A DNA stretch of 63,096 nucleotides, the filler included, from Octopus bimaculoides (taxonomy: Eukaryota): assembly GCF_001194135.2 (NCBI RefSeq). It is 5 parts of 4 records of this genome, joined end to end, with 100 filler letters (N's around TTAATTAATTAA, not from the genome) between each part and the next. Parts side by side here need not be neighbours in the genome. Positions count along the whole stretch, not along the records: positions 41,750 to 52,498 come from NC_068995.1; positions 52,599 to 58,088 come from NC_068981.1; positions 58,189 to 63,096 come from NC_068989.1; 2 more parts are not named here. One strand, 5' to 3'. Shown here in pieces: positions 51,289-63,001 of this stretch (the stretch's first letter is position 1; each line of letters opens with the position of its first letter). Under the pieces are notes generated by a model. The model did not search any database. It was given only the letters and a program-made list of their open reading frames with translations, and had not been told where the DNA came from. Both the position numbers and the translations under genes were made by a program.

Positions 51289-51645
51289 AGGCGCATTGGC
51301 CCAGTGGTTAGGGCAGCGGACTCGCGGTCGTGGGATCGCGGTTTCGATTCCCAGACCGGGCGTTGTGAGTGTTTATTGAGTGAATACACCTAAAGCTCCC
51401 CGAGGCTCCAGCAGCGGGTGGTGGCAAACTGCGCTGTATTCTTTCACCACAACTTTCTCTCACTCTTTCTTCCTGTTTCTGTTGTACCTGTATTTCGAAG
51501 GGCCAGCATTGTCACACTCTGTGCCACGCTGAATCTCCCCGAGAACTACGTTAAGGGTACACGTGTCTGTGGAGTGCTCAGCCACTTGACGTTAATCTCA
51601 TGAGCAGGCTGTTCCGTTGATCCGATCAACTGGAATCCTTGTCGT
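51287..51645 (+). mobile_element. tRNA-derived SINE (family B), full length
   Basis: GGAGGCGCATTGGCCCAGTGGTTAGGGCAGCGGACTC..GGTTTCGATTCCC head; body nearly identical to 60504-60812. Confidence 0.92.
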
Positions 51646-52109
51646 TGTAACCGATATATATATATATAAAACGGGCTTCTTTCAGTTTCCGTTAACTAAA
51701 TCCCCTCATAAGGCTTTGGTCAGCCTGAAGCTATAGTAAAAGATACTTGTCCAAGGTGCCACGCAGTAGGACTGAATCCGGAACCATGTGATTGGGCAGC
51801 AAACTTCTTACCACATAGCCATGCCTGCCGATTATCATACAAATAAAATAATCATAAAGGAAAACATTGATTGGTAACTGATGGAGGTTTCGGTTATTTA
51901 ACATAATATATTTTAACCATTGTATAGGTCTGACTGTAGATGCATTTGTGTGTGTATATGTCTGCGTGCGTGTGCGCGCAGACGTGAGTGTATATCTGTG
52001 TGCATGAAGAGGGTGTAGTTAAATTGTTATTAAGATGGCTTTAAACCTTTTTTCCACGACAGAATAAAACAATAAAACTCATCGGCCTTTGGATATATAA
52101 TTATATATA

Positions 52110-52498
52110 AATATAGGGGAGAATATACAAATAATAACAACAGACGAGGACAGGTGGTGTAAATAACAAAAGTATATATTAGTATCACGCTCGGGAATAC
52201 GGAAAGTCTTTGACGTTTCGAGCTACGCTCTTCAACAGAAAGAATACGGAGACAAGGAGAAAAACACGGAGAAAAAAAATTGAATAGTGTTCAGTCAACG
52301 GTCAATCATAATAATGGCCGATCATAACAATGGCTGACCGGAAGTTAGAAATTCTTATTTCAGGAGAGCTAAGAAAGGGGGAGATAACAAACGGTGATCG
52401 GGAACGAGGGGCTGTGTGGGGGAGGTAGAATGCTGGTGATCTTGACGTATGTAGTGTGAAAATGGGGAAGGGAGAAAGTAGTTGGTCAGTTGTAGTGT
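52110..52498 (-). mobile_element. Penelope pLTR-like segment carrying a variant hammerhead motif
   Basis: Contains the reverse complement of TCTTT-CTGTTGA-A-GAGCGTAGCTC-GAAA-CG-TC-AAAGA at 52206-52242 and terminates in (TA)n; family assignment is from recall. Confidence 0.6.
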
Positions 52499-52623
52499 NN
52501 NNNNNNNNNNNNNNNNNNNNNNNNNNNNNNNNNNNNNNNNNNTTAATTAATTAANNNNNNNNNNNNNNNNNNNNNNNNNNNNNNNNNNNNNNNNNNNNTA
52601 TATATATATATATATATATATAT

Positions 52624-52666
<43 letters not shown>

Positions 52667-53735
52667 TACATATGTGTCTTTGTCCCACACCCCTGCTTGA
52701 CAACCAGTGTTGCTTTGTTTATGTCCCTGTAAGCTAGCATCTCATAAAGAGTGATAGAATAAGTATCAGGCTTAAAGAAAAAGTAAGAACTGAGGTTCTT
52801 CCTTTTCAATGAAACCCTTCAAGGTGGTACCCAGCATGGCTGCAGTCCAATGACTAAAACAAGTAAAAGAATATATAATGTATAGGTGACTGCATATCTC
52901 TGTGGTCAAGAAGTTCACAGCATCCTGGACAAGTGTCTTCTAAAGCCCTGGCAAAGTTTTGTGAGGGGATTTGGTAGACAGTAAGTATAAAAAGCCCATT
53001 ATGTGTGTGAGTGCATGTACCCATGTGTGTTTTTGTCTCCTTGTCTTGACACATAAGCTGCAAACAAATGTCACTATTATATACAAGTGTTGTAATTTAT
53101 TCACAACCTTCTGTGAAAACATGTCTAGCTATTATGCTGTTCATATTCAAAAGAGACTAAGAGAAGTATTACCTTGCTTGGAAAGATGTAAAGGTTGGTG
53201 ACAGCAAGAATATCCAGAAGTAGAAATTCTGCTTCAATAGATTTTGTCTGACTTACGCTAGCATGGAAACATAGATATTAAAACAATGAAGAATATACAG
53301 ACATCAGCAGGCAATGTCAGTGAACTGTTTGTTTTTTTTGTTTTTTTTTAATGTGTGATATGTGTAACTGTTTGCATGAAGAATGTGTTTCAGGTAGAAA
53401 TATTTTTTGCAGACCCAACCTGCTTTCTTGCCCAATCATTGAACAAAGCAACCCTAGTATTGGGTGGATGCTATTTTGTTTGAAAAATTATTTTTATTGC
53501 TAGGTACTCTGATTTTAAATATCCCAAATTCAGGTAGACCTGATGTTTAGGACTTATGAAGAAGATTAAAAGGGATCTGTTGTGTTCACAACTTTTGTAG
53601 ATATGTTTGTAGTGTAACTGATGTAAAATAGGAATTGATACTGAGTTGTGGATTACCTTAATAGATGCTATTTATTTCTTCATGGTACACATCACAATAA
53701 AAAAACCCATTGTTTTTTTTTTATTGATTTTTCAG

Positions 53736-53855
53736 GTTCTGTCGGTCATCCTATGCCTTGGGTAGAAGTTTGCATTGCAAAACCAAATGTGTATGCAAAA
53801 TGGGGTTATGATGTAATTGCTCAGGGAAATTCTTCAAAAACTGTGGTTTCTCCAG
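53736..53855 (+). CDS. ACSF3: Coding exon of ACSF3-like acyl-CoA (malonyl-CoA) synthetase
   Basis: TTTTCAG|..|GTATGT, 120 bp, phase 1-1. Encodes (G)SVGHPMPWVEVCIAKPNVYAKWGYDVIAQGNSSKTVVSP(G), similar to the GSVGTPLPGVQVRIV..TKVTPG segment of human ACSF3 as recalled. Confidence 0.8.
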
Positions 53856-55320
53856 GTATGTCTGCTGTTTTATTCCTTTTCATCATGAGACATAGCTGTC
53901 TTAGGAAATTGCTTATAAAAAGTATTTTAGGTACATGATTGAATTGCCTTCATTGAGTAGCTAGTGCTTAGCAAAACTGTATAAGTTAGAACCATGTGGC
54001 TATAGGATATGTTAAATTAATGGTTAGCATATTTAGTGAAGGGAGAATCAAAAAGCTTATTGGAAACAATGTGGTATGGTAAAAACAACATAAGTTTGAC
54101 TAATAGTGTTTAAATATTTTAGGAAGTATGGGTATCAACTCTAATCACTTGCTTGCTGACTGTATAGAATGTGCTGTGTTGCATGCATATAATCAGCCAA
54201 GCTCTTGTTTCTTGTCCATTATTTGATGTTGTTGGTCCATAAATGTCTTTGACACCTTCTTGCTCACTTCCCTTCCAACTTTTCTAGCATTGCAGCATTT
54301 ATCTCGTCTTTGCAGCTTATTTTGCCCAGTCTGCAAAAGCTGCCTTTTTCAAAGCCATCTATCTTTTCTATTGCTTTGTACTTTGTCTAAGTTTCTCTTC
54401 CACAAAGTATGATTGGCATAATACAACAATTTACTATCCTTAGTTGTAGGTGCAATTTTACATCCTTTGAGGTGAAGTTCTTTTTCATTCTTATAAATGC
54501 TGTTTTTGCCTTATTTATTCAAGTAACTTCTTCACTCCAACCTTCTTGATCTTACATGAAAAATCCTTAAACAAAAGAACAGTTCTAATGAATCTTTTTC
54601 CAAAAGCAGATTAACATCACGTCAGCCACATCCAGAATTATCATCCTTGGTTAATATGCTATGTATACTTAATGTACATATGTACATCATTAAGTAGGGC
54701 AACTTGTGCTATCATAATAATCTTTCTGTAGTGGAAAATGATGTGTCAAGCTGTTGTTACTCCTACCCACGAAGATTCCTTCTGTATACAGAATACAAAG
54801 TTACAGAGGCACAGATGTGTGCATATACATCCCCTGGGGACACACACTTTAGTGCCACATATTGAGGTGTTCCCTGTTGAACATAAGGCTGTAATTATCT
54901 GCTTCAATTTATTCTTCATTTGTTGCAGCTTCAGTAATGAGGTTTTTTAATGGAGTGAAATTGTTAGCCCTTATGTCCAACTCTCAAGTGCTGTTTATAT
55001 CATTCCTCTCTTGGCATGAAACTTTGCCAATATTTCATTTTTTTTTAATAGATATGACCCCATAAAATTTGTAATAAATAGATATATATGTATATATAAT
55101 TTACATAATATCAGAAAACTTGTTTTAGAAACTAAATTCGAAGATCCTCAGTTTTGGATGTTTAAAACAGAAATTTGAAGAAAAAAAGTGGAGATAAAAT
55201 TATGGATGGCGGGGTGCTTACTATGAAATTGATATTTTTTGCATTGTTGTTTGGCTTATTTCTTTTTGTGCTGTTGGTATTGTTGTTCATGTTTGTGTGA
55301 ATATAGGGTGTATGATTGTA

Positions 55321-56594
55321 TTAAGTTGTCAAGACAGTTCTTGCGGTTTTTAACCTTTAAATTCAAATGTACATATCTCAGCTCAAACAAAAATTTATTA
55401 ATCGAAATAAAACACCATCAGAATCAACACACTTTGGCCAATGCGAAACAAGTTTATTTATTCCAGTAGCGTAAAAATCCTGCGTTCTGGTGGCGTTGAA
55501 GTCGTTGAAGGCGTGTTTGGCATCGTCTTGGTTTTTGAAGCATTTCTCATGTAGGAAGTTGTGGAGATGCTTGAAAATGTGGTAGTCGGTAGGCAAGAGG
55601 TCTGGTGAGTATGGCAGATGAGGCAGAGTTTTGTAGCCCAATTTGTTCAACTTCTGCAGGATCAGTTGTGTGACGTGCGGCTGAGCGTTGTCGTGGAGAA
55701 GAATTGGTCCTTTTCTATTGACCAATGCTGGCTGTTGTTGTCGGAGTTTCTTATGCATTTCATCCATTTGCTGACAGTGCTTCTCCGCCGTAATGGTTTC
55801 ATCTGGATCCAAAAAGCTGTGATGAATGAGACCGGCCGCAGACCACCAAACAGTCACCATGACCTTTGTTTGGTGCAACTTTGGCTTTGGGAAGTGCCAT
55901 GGAGCTTCATCGGCGTCCAGCCACTGATCTGAGTGTTGCCAGTTGTCGTAAAGAATCCACTTTTCATCGCAAGTCACAATCCGGTTGAGAAACAGGTCAT
56001 TTTTGTTGCGTAAAAGAAGGGAAGACGACACTTCAAAACAGCATTTTTTTTGGTTGTCGTTCAATTTGTGTGGCACCTTTTTCTCATGTATTTTTGTTTT
56101 TCCAATCTCTTTCAAGTGGTTTGGAAATTGTCGTATACATTACGTCTAATTCAGAAGCAAGCTCTCGATTGGCTTCGACTAAGGCTCTTAGTTGATCATT
56201 GTCAACATCTGATGGCCAACCACTACACTTATCATCTTCAAGACTCTTGTCACCGCTACAAAATTTCTTGAACTACCATTGTGCTGTACGTTCATTAGTG
56301 GTTCCTGGGCCAAATGCATCGTTGATATCGTGAGCTGTTTCAGCAGCTTTTTGGCCTAGTTTGAATTGGAATAAGAAAATTGTGCGAATTTGCTTTTTGT
56401 CCATGTTGTATTGAATGTTCCGGAAAAAAATGGCCTAATTATTCAAGAAGGAAAAGAGTAACACGATTAGATAGAGCGAAAAATGGGCTTTAAAATGATA
56501 TATAAAATCAAAATAATTTAACGAAAATTAATTTGAAAATACATCATTTAAAATCAAAATTAAAAATTCCACAAGAACTTTCTTGACAACCTAA
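55321..56594 (-). mobile_element. Full-length mariner element (D,D34D, Hsmar1/SETMAR-like), pseudogenised, antisense in the ACSF3 intron
   Basis: 26-bp TIRs TTAAGTTGTCAAGACAGTTCTTGCGG and TTAGGTTGTCAAGAAAGTTCTTGTGG (3 mismatches), TA on both flanks. ATG at 56404; motifs IVTCDEKW, LHDNAQPH and YSPDLLPTDY; one TAG stop and a frameshift near 56120. Confidence 0.95.
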
Positions 56595-57057
56595 TATCAA
56601 ATTGTTTGTTTAAAATAGGAGGGCATAATTATAAGGATATTTGGCTGCAATTTCTAGCAAATTATGCAACCACATCAAGGCTCCATCATGCAGTAAAACT
56701 ATCAAAATTATTTAGTTGATTAATAAGATCAATAATAATGCTTTATCAGTGGAGGAGCACATTTTCAGCTGATGCTTACCACCACCATTTACAGCAAATC
56801 AAAGTAATTTTTTATTCGGAAGTGCAAATGCATGATCACAATATAATTCAACATCAACACAAGGCAGAGATACTTTTACCCAACTTTCTTTGAAAAATCT
56901 CTTTTATGCTTCTTTGTTCTAAACACCAGTTAAATAATGGCAGAATTATTTTACTAAATTCTTCATAAAGTTCAAAATTATTCGAGAAAAAGGGTAGTGT
57001 ATTTTAACTGAAATGTGGTAATGAAAAGGTTAATATGACTATCATCTCACTTATCAG

Positions 57058-57174
57058 GAATGGAGTCTGAACAAGGGGAGTTATATGTACGAGGACCCAA
57101 TGTATTTAGTGAATATTTCCAACGACCTGATGCAACAAAGAGAGCTTTTACAAAAGATGGTTGGTTTAAAACAG
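57058..57174 (+). CDS. ACSF3: Coding exon of ACSF3-like acyl-CoA synthetase
   Basis: TTATCAG|..|GTGAGA, 117 bp, phase 1-1, joins in frame with 53736-53855. Encodes (G)[38 protein letters not shown](G), the ANL-family GELxxRGP..DGWFKTGD motif. Confidence 0.9.
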
Positions 57175-57854
57175 GTGAGACTGTTTTCTTCATTTTTGAT
57201 ATTTGCTGTTCTAATCTAACTTTTCATATTAAAATGTGTTTTTTAACTTTTGTTGTAATCATTTTTTATAGATGCCTTTTTACTTACCTACCACTTGGCT
57301 ATGAGGTAGGGTGGAACTGCTACAGTTTGGCTTGAATTAACAATCATATATAATTAGTAACCTACCTTTTTCTTGCCTCACATTCATTGCTTTTCTTATA
57401 TATTCTACATGATTACAGAAAATTAAATGTTTTTAATTAATTTTTAAGCCAAAACAATGCAAAGTTATGAAAAATTCATAATAGAACAGGTTGATTGTTT
57501 GTACTTATTAGGACCCCGTCTTCAAGAAATCTATGGAGAAAAGGTGTTATCTGACTTCTACTGAGCATTGACTTGTGTTATTGTTTATAACTTACATTAT
57601 TTTGGCTTAAAAATATATTTGTATATATCAGAAGACGATACTACCCTACAAGAAATTAAATTTCTCCATTAAGAACATGTTTTCATAGACATTGTATGGC
57701 TACAATGATCACTTTGCAATCATATAGTTTTAGATTTGGTCCCACTGTATATAATCTTGGGCAAGTGTCCTCTACTCTAGCCTCAGTATGACTAATGTCT
57801 TGTGAGTAGAATTGTTAGATGGAAATTGTTCAAAGCCTGTTTTATATATATATA

Positions 57855-58088
57855 TATCATCATCATCATCATCATCGTTTAACGTCCGCTTTCCATGCTA
57901 GCATGGGTTGGACGATTTGACTGAGGACTGGTGAAACCGGATGGCAACACCAGGCTCCAGTCTGATTTGGCAGAGTTTCTACAGCTGGATGCCCTTCCTA
58001 ACGCCAACCACTCAGAGAGTGTAGTGGGTGCTTTTACGTGTCACCCGCACGAAAACGGCCACGCTCGAAATGGTGTCTTTTATGTGCC
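57855..58088 (-). mobile_element. (GAT)n-tailed retro-repeat, young copy
   Basis: Near-exact reverse complement of 25370-25555. Confidence 0.9.
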
Positions 58089-58335
58089 NNNNNNNNNNNN
58101 NNNNNNNNNNNNNNNNNNNNNNNNNNNNNNNNTTAATTAATTAANNNNNNNNNNNNNNNNNNNNNNNNNNNNNNNNNNNNNNNNNNNNTGCAACAAGCAA
58201 AAATGTTAGTTCTAAAATCAAGGCAGTAGTTGTACTGACAAGTAATATTCGTAGCCTGTGTGTTCGCTTGAAATATATATATATATATATTGCGTGCAGA
58301 AGCGAGCTGCTATCATCTCTAGCAGACGAGGTGTC

Positions 58336-58388
58336 CTGTACTGAGGAGTGGCAAAAATAGCCCGAAATCAGGACTGGTCTACTAGTCC
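58336..58388 (+). ncRNA. Type-I hammerhead ribozyme-like motif
   Basis: GUA-CUGAGGA-GUGGC[AAAAAUA]GCCC-GAAA-UCAG[GA]CUGG-UC|UAC. Core and GUC triplet are intact; helix I is only 3 bp (+2 past a bulge); helix II has one bulged U. Confidence 0.65.
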
Positions 58389-58864
58389 CATCGCTAAGAG
58401 ATGGTAGGGGATTCGCTCTCCTGCCCAAAATTTTATCAGAATACAGCTATGCATCGTTAACCAGCTAGAAGAGAAGTCCTTTTGGGGTTAAAAAAATCGC
58501 AGTAGAGTCCGCTCGAACGGACAGCCATGTTAAAGTGGCTCGAATATTACCTATCATTATTATTATTGGTATTGTCATTGTAGGTATTAATATTGCCGTT
58601 GTTGCTGGTTAATAAGCAGTTTACCGTAGTATATTTAACACTTTATAAAGTTAACATTTAAATAGGAGTCAAAGACTAGCTATTACATCCTACATAATCG
58701 CCAGAACTTCCATTACGTCTGCTTGTTTCGAGATGAGTCATAAACCGGCGGTTGAACCTTTAAAGCTCAAAACATATGCAACATATAATTCAAAACTTCT
58801 ACAGGGTTTATATAGCTTGCCTGTGATATGGTAACCTTACGTCCTTTGGGATGCCTTTTCAAAC

Positions 58865-59027
58865 CAGGGTTATTCCAACAGATTTTTCTACATATTACAC
58901 AAGAGTTATTGTCATAAAAAATGCATAGATGCATCTATCAACCCTTTGTCCCTAGTGTCCATATAAAATTTTCTAGCGACACCTGCCCCCATCCCGGGAG
59001 CGGCACCGCCCACTTTCAGAAGCACTG
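58865..59027. mobile_element. Possible hAT-derived MITE
   Basis: Ends ..CCCACTTTCAGAAGCACTG (Charlie/MER5-like terminus); start CAGGGTTATTCCAAC is only a partial match; 8-bp flanks share AAAC. Confidence 0.35.
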
Positions 59028-59849
59028 GTGTAAACTATAAATTCTTCCCTAGCTTTTTTTTATTTTTAATCTCTTTTCGAAAATAAAAATCAAGCCAAGA
59101 ATCCAACTTTCTTCCTTCCTTGTGTTTGAGACTCAGAGAAGTAAGCTATTGCCATGATATAAAAAACTTGGGTATATTGAAGCAACCAGTACGAATCCTA
59201 CGCCTTCTCTGGCAGCATTTACTGTAGAATTTGATCGTAGAACGTTTTTATAAGTCGAACTATTTTATTTTTGATTTCTGCTGGAAAAACTAGGTTGTGA
59301 TTTATACACGAGGAAAGTTTGAATATGAAGGTGAAAAAATTGGTTCCAAGATTTAACATTAAACAAGGGATCCAGCTAATACAGAATACGGTAGGTTATA
59401 AAATGTGTGTGTGTGTGTGTGTGTGTGTGTCTATGCATGTGTGTGTGTGCATGCATATGTGCGTGTGTGTGTGTGTGTATGCATGTGTGTGTGTGTATGC
59501 ATGTGTGTGTGTGTGTGTGTGTGTGTGTATGCATGTATGTGTGGAGTATAATGGAATTCAAGACCAATGCGTGTCACGTTTTCGATTTCAGTCTGGAAAT
59601 ATTTCACCTCACTAAAGGCAACGAAAGCTAATGTACGCCACAACTTCCTATTTCCTCTTGTACTGTTCATGGTAGTAATAAACGATTATTATAGAAGATG
59701 AAGAAGATGAAGAAGAGAGAGGGTGAGAAGAAGAAAAAGAAGAAGGAGGAGGAGGAGGAGGAGGATGAGGAGTTCATGAATAAACAGGAAGAGGAGGTGG
59801 AAGAAAAGGGGGACGATGTGAAAGGGAAGAAAAAGAAGAACGAGGAAGA

Positions 59850-59882
<33 letters not shown>

Positions 59883-59886
59883 GAAG

Positions 59887-59917
<31 letters not shown>

Positions 59918-60503
59918 CATAAACCTTCTAAAAATAGAACAGAACTAGGTCACTATGCATTAACCTACATCTACATAGGAAAAAGTCAGTTGCTTGAAAC
60001 GGGAGATGGAAGTCCCTCGCCTTTTCTGACTCCTTCCTTCAATTGCCGTTATGAATAAAAATGTNNNNNNNNNNNNNNNNNNNNNNNNNNNNNNNNNNNN
60101 NNNNNNNNNNNNNNNNNNNNNNNNNNNNNNNNNNNNNNNNNNNNNNNNNNNNNNNNNNNNNNNNNNNNNNNNNNNNNNNNNNNNNNNNNNNNNNNNNNNN
60201 NNNNNNNNNNNNNNNNNNNNNNNNNNNNNNNNNNNNNNNNNNNNNNNNNNNNNNNNNNNNNNNNNNNNNNNNNNNNNNNNNNNNNNNNNNNNNNNNNNNN
60301 NNNNNNNNNNNNNNNNNNNNNNNNNNNNNNNNNNNNNNNNNNNNNNNNNNNNNNNNNNNNNNNNNNNNNNNNNNNNNNNNNNNNNNNNNNNNNNNNNNNN
60401 NNNNNNNNNNNNNNNNNNNNNNNNNNNNNNNNNNNNNNNNNNNNNNNNNNNNNNNNNNNNNNNNNNNNNNNNNNNNNNNNNNNNNNNNNNNNNNNNNNNN
60501 NNN

Positions 60504-60812
60504 GGGCATTGTAAGTGTTTATTGAGCGAAAACACCTAAAAGCTCCACGAGGCTCCGGCAGGGGATGGTGGCGAACCCTGCTGTACTCTTTCACCACAAC
60601 TTTCTCTCACTCTTACTTCCTGTTTCTGTTGTGCCTGTAATTCAAAGGGCCAGCCTTGTCACACTGTGTCACGCTGAATATCCCCCTAGAACTACGTTAA
60701 GGGTACACGTGTCTGTGGAGTGCTCAACCACTTGCACGTTAATTTCACGAGCAGGCTGTTCCGTTGATCGGATCAACTGGAACCCTCGACGTCATAAGCG
60801 ACGGAGTGCCAA
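60504..60812 (+). mobile_element. SINE family B (head lost in gap)
   Basis: Matches the 51355-51645 body (CTTTCACCACAACTTTCTCTCAC..GAACTACGTTAAGGGTACACGTGTCTGTGGAGTGCTC). Confidence 0.9.
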
Positions 60813-61434
60813 TAATAACAATATGTTAACTACCGAAATAGCAAGTCAGAAATGGTTAATTAATTAAAGGGATCTCTCATTGGAACTGATCTAGGGTTAA
60901 GCAACACAAACAGACACAACAATGATAGCACACAGTAGAATCGAACGCTCGTATCTCATTATTGGGAAGCGGACTTCTTATCTAATCTACGAGGCATGGC
61001 TATGTGGTTCTGGGTTCAGTCCCACTGCGTGAAACCTTTGGGATTTGTTCTCTACTGTAGTCTCAGGTTGACCAAAGCCTTGTGAATAGATTTTGTTGAC
61101 GGAAACTGAAAGAAGCCCGCTGTATAGCTATCCATGATCAGTTTAGCTTAAATGCCCACCAAGTTTAGTGGTGCAACACAATTGGATAGATCAATGTACA
61201 TGTTGAGTTCAAGTCTTGGCTCAAGAACAACAGAATCGGGGAAAGGGATAAGTCCATTACACCGACCCCAGTGCTCAGCTGGTACTTATTTTACGCCCCC
61301 CCCCACCACAAACGATGAAAAGCAAAAACGGCCTCAGCAGAATTTGAACTCAGAACATAAAGACAAATGAAATGTTGCTAAGCATTTTGTCTGGTGTGCT
61401 AACAGTTCTGCCAACTCATCGCAGCAGTTGTTAT

Positions 61435-61477
<43 letters not shown>

Positions 61478-62440
61478 NNNNNNNNNNNNNNNNNNNNNNN
61501 NNNNNNNNNNNNNNNNNNNNNNNNNNNNNNNNNNNNNNNNNNNNNNNNNNNNNNNNNNNNNNNNNNNNNNNNNNNNNNNNNNNNNNNNNNNNNNNNNNNN
61601 NNNNNNNNNNNNNNNNNNNNNNNNNNNNNNNNNNNNNNNNNNNNNNNNNNNNNNNNNNNNNNNNNNNNNNNNNNNNNNNNNNNNNNNNNNNNNNNNNNNN
61701 NNNNNNNNNNNNNNNNNNNNNNNNNNNNNNNNNNNNNNNNNNNNNNNNNNNNNNNNNNNNNNNNNNNNNNNNNNNNNNNNNNNNNNNNNNNNNNNNNNNN
61801 NNNNNNNNNNNNNNNNNNNNNNNNNNNNNNNNNNNNNNNNNNNNNNNNNNNNNNNNNNNNNNNNNNNNNNNNNNNNNNNNNNNNNNNNNNNNNNNNNNNN
61901 NNNNNNNNNNNNNNNNNNNNNNNNNNNNNNNNNNNNNNNNNNNNNNNNNNNNNNNNNNNNNNNNNNNNNNNNNNNNNNNNNNNNNNNNNNNNNNNNNNNN
62001 NNNNNNNNNNNNNNNNNNNNNNNNNNNNNNNNNNNNNNNNNNNNNNNNNNNNNNNNNNNNNNNNNNNNNNNNNNNNNNNNNNNNNNNNNNNNNNNNNNNN
62101 NNNNNNNNNNNNNNNNNNNNNNNNNNNNNNNNNNNNNNNNNNNNNNNNNNNNNNNNNNNNNNNNNNNNNNNNNNNNNNNNNNNNNNNNNNNNNNNNNNNN
62201 NNNNNNNNNNNNNNNNNNNNNNNNNNNNNNNNNNNNNNNNNNNNNNNNNNNNNNNNNNNNNNNNNNNNNNNNNNNNNNNNNNNNNNNNNNNNNNNNNNNN
62301 NNNNNNNNNNNNNNNNNNNNNNNNNNNNNNNNNNNNNNNNNNNNNNNNATATATATATATATATATAGATAGATAGATAGACAGACAGATAGATAGACAG
62401 ATAGATGTAGCTTTTGTGTATATATATATATACATATATC

Positions 62441-62930
62441 AAAAATAGTGGTACAACAAGGCACCAATATTTGCTGGAAATAGCAGTCGAACTTTAAAAA
62501 ATTTCCTCTTACCTCTAGGAAGAACATCGGAAAATAGACAACCTAGAATGGATAATCTAGGATCCGAGATTTACCTGATTCGAAAATTTAAAATATTGCT
62601 ATATCTTGCCGGTATATTCGGCTCAACGCCTAACCGTTAACAGAACCGAGATGAGTGAAAATGTTTTCTATAAAAATTTTAAATATCATTGCAATACAAT
62701 ATAATACAATAGTATCACTTTCTAGCCAAATAAAGCACCGTAATTGTAGAATGATAAATAATGATAATATTAACAATAATAAATAGTGTCATATCGTTAT
62801 CGATTGCTATTTCCAGTAAACATTGGTGCCTCGTTGTATCACTATTTTTTTAATCTACTATTCTATCTTTACGATGCTTTATTTGGCTGCAAAATGATTC
62901 TATTGAATTGTATTGCAATGATATTTAAAA

Positions 62931-62936
<6 letters not shown>
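62441..62936. repeat. Two interleaved inverted-repeat pairs
   Basis: Pair A is 62441-62490 with 62800-62849 (about 5 mismatches); pair B is 62671-62757 with 62852-62936 (outer 30 bp perfect). Confidence 0.85.

Positions 62937-63001
<65 letters not shown>

Noticed and set aside
51287-51365. tRNA-like sequences with A/B boxes (also 38412, 19021)
   Set aside because: They are SINE heads continuous with SINE bodies; no acceptor stem or 3' terminator of a tRNA gene.
59698-59922. Lys/Glu/Met-rich ORF
   Set aside because: Composed of GAA/GAG/GAT trinucleotide microsatellites; no splice or homology support.
61334-62527. Long ORFs in the track made of X (e.g. 7346-8404, 31799-32629, 61334-62527)
   Set aside because: They are open only because they span N gaps.
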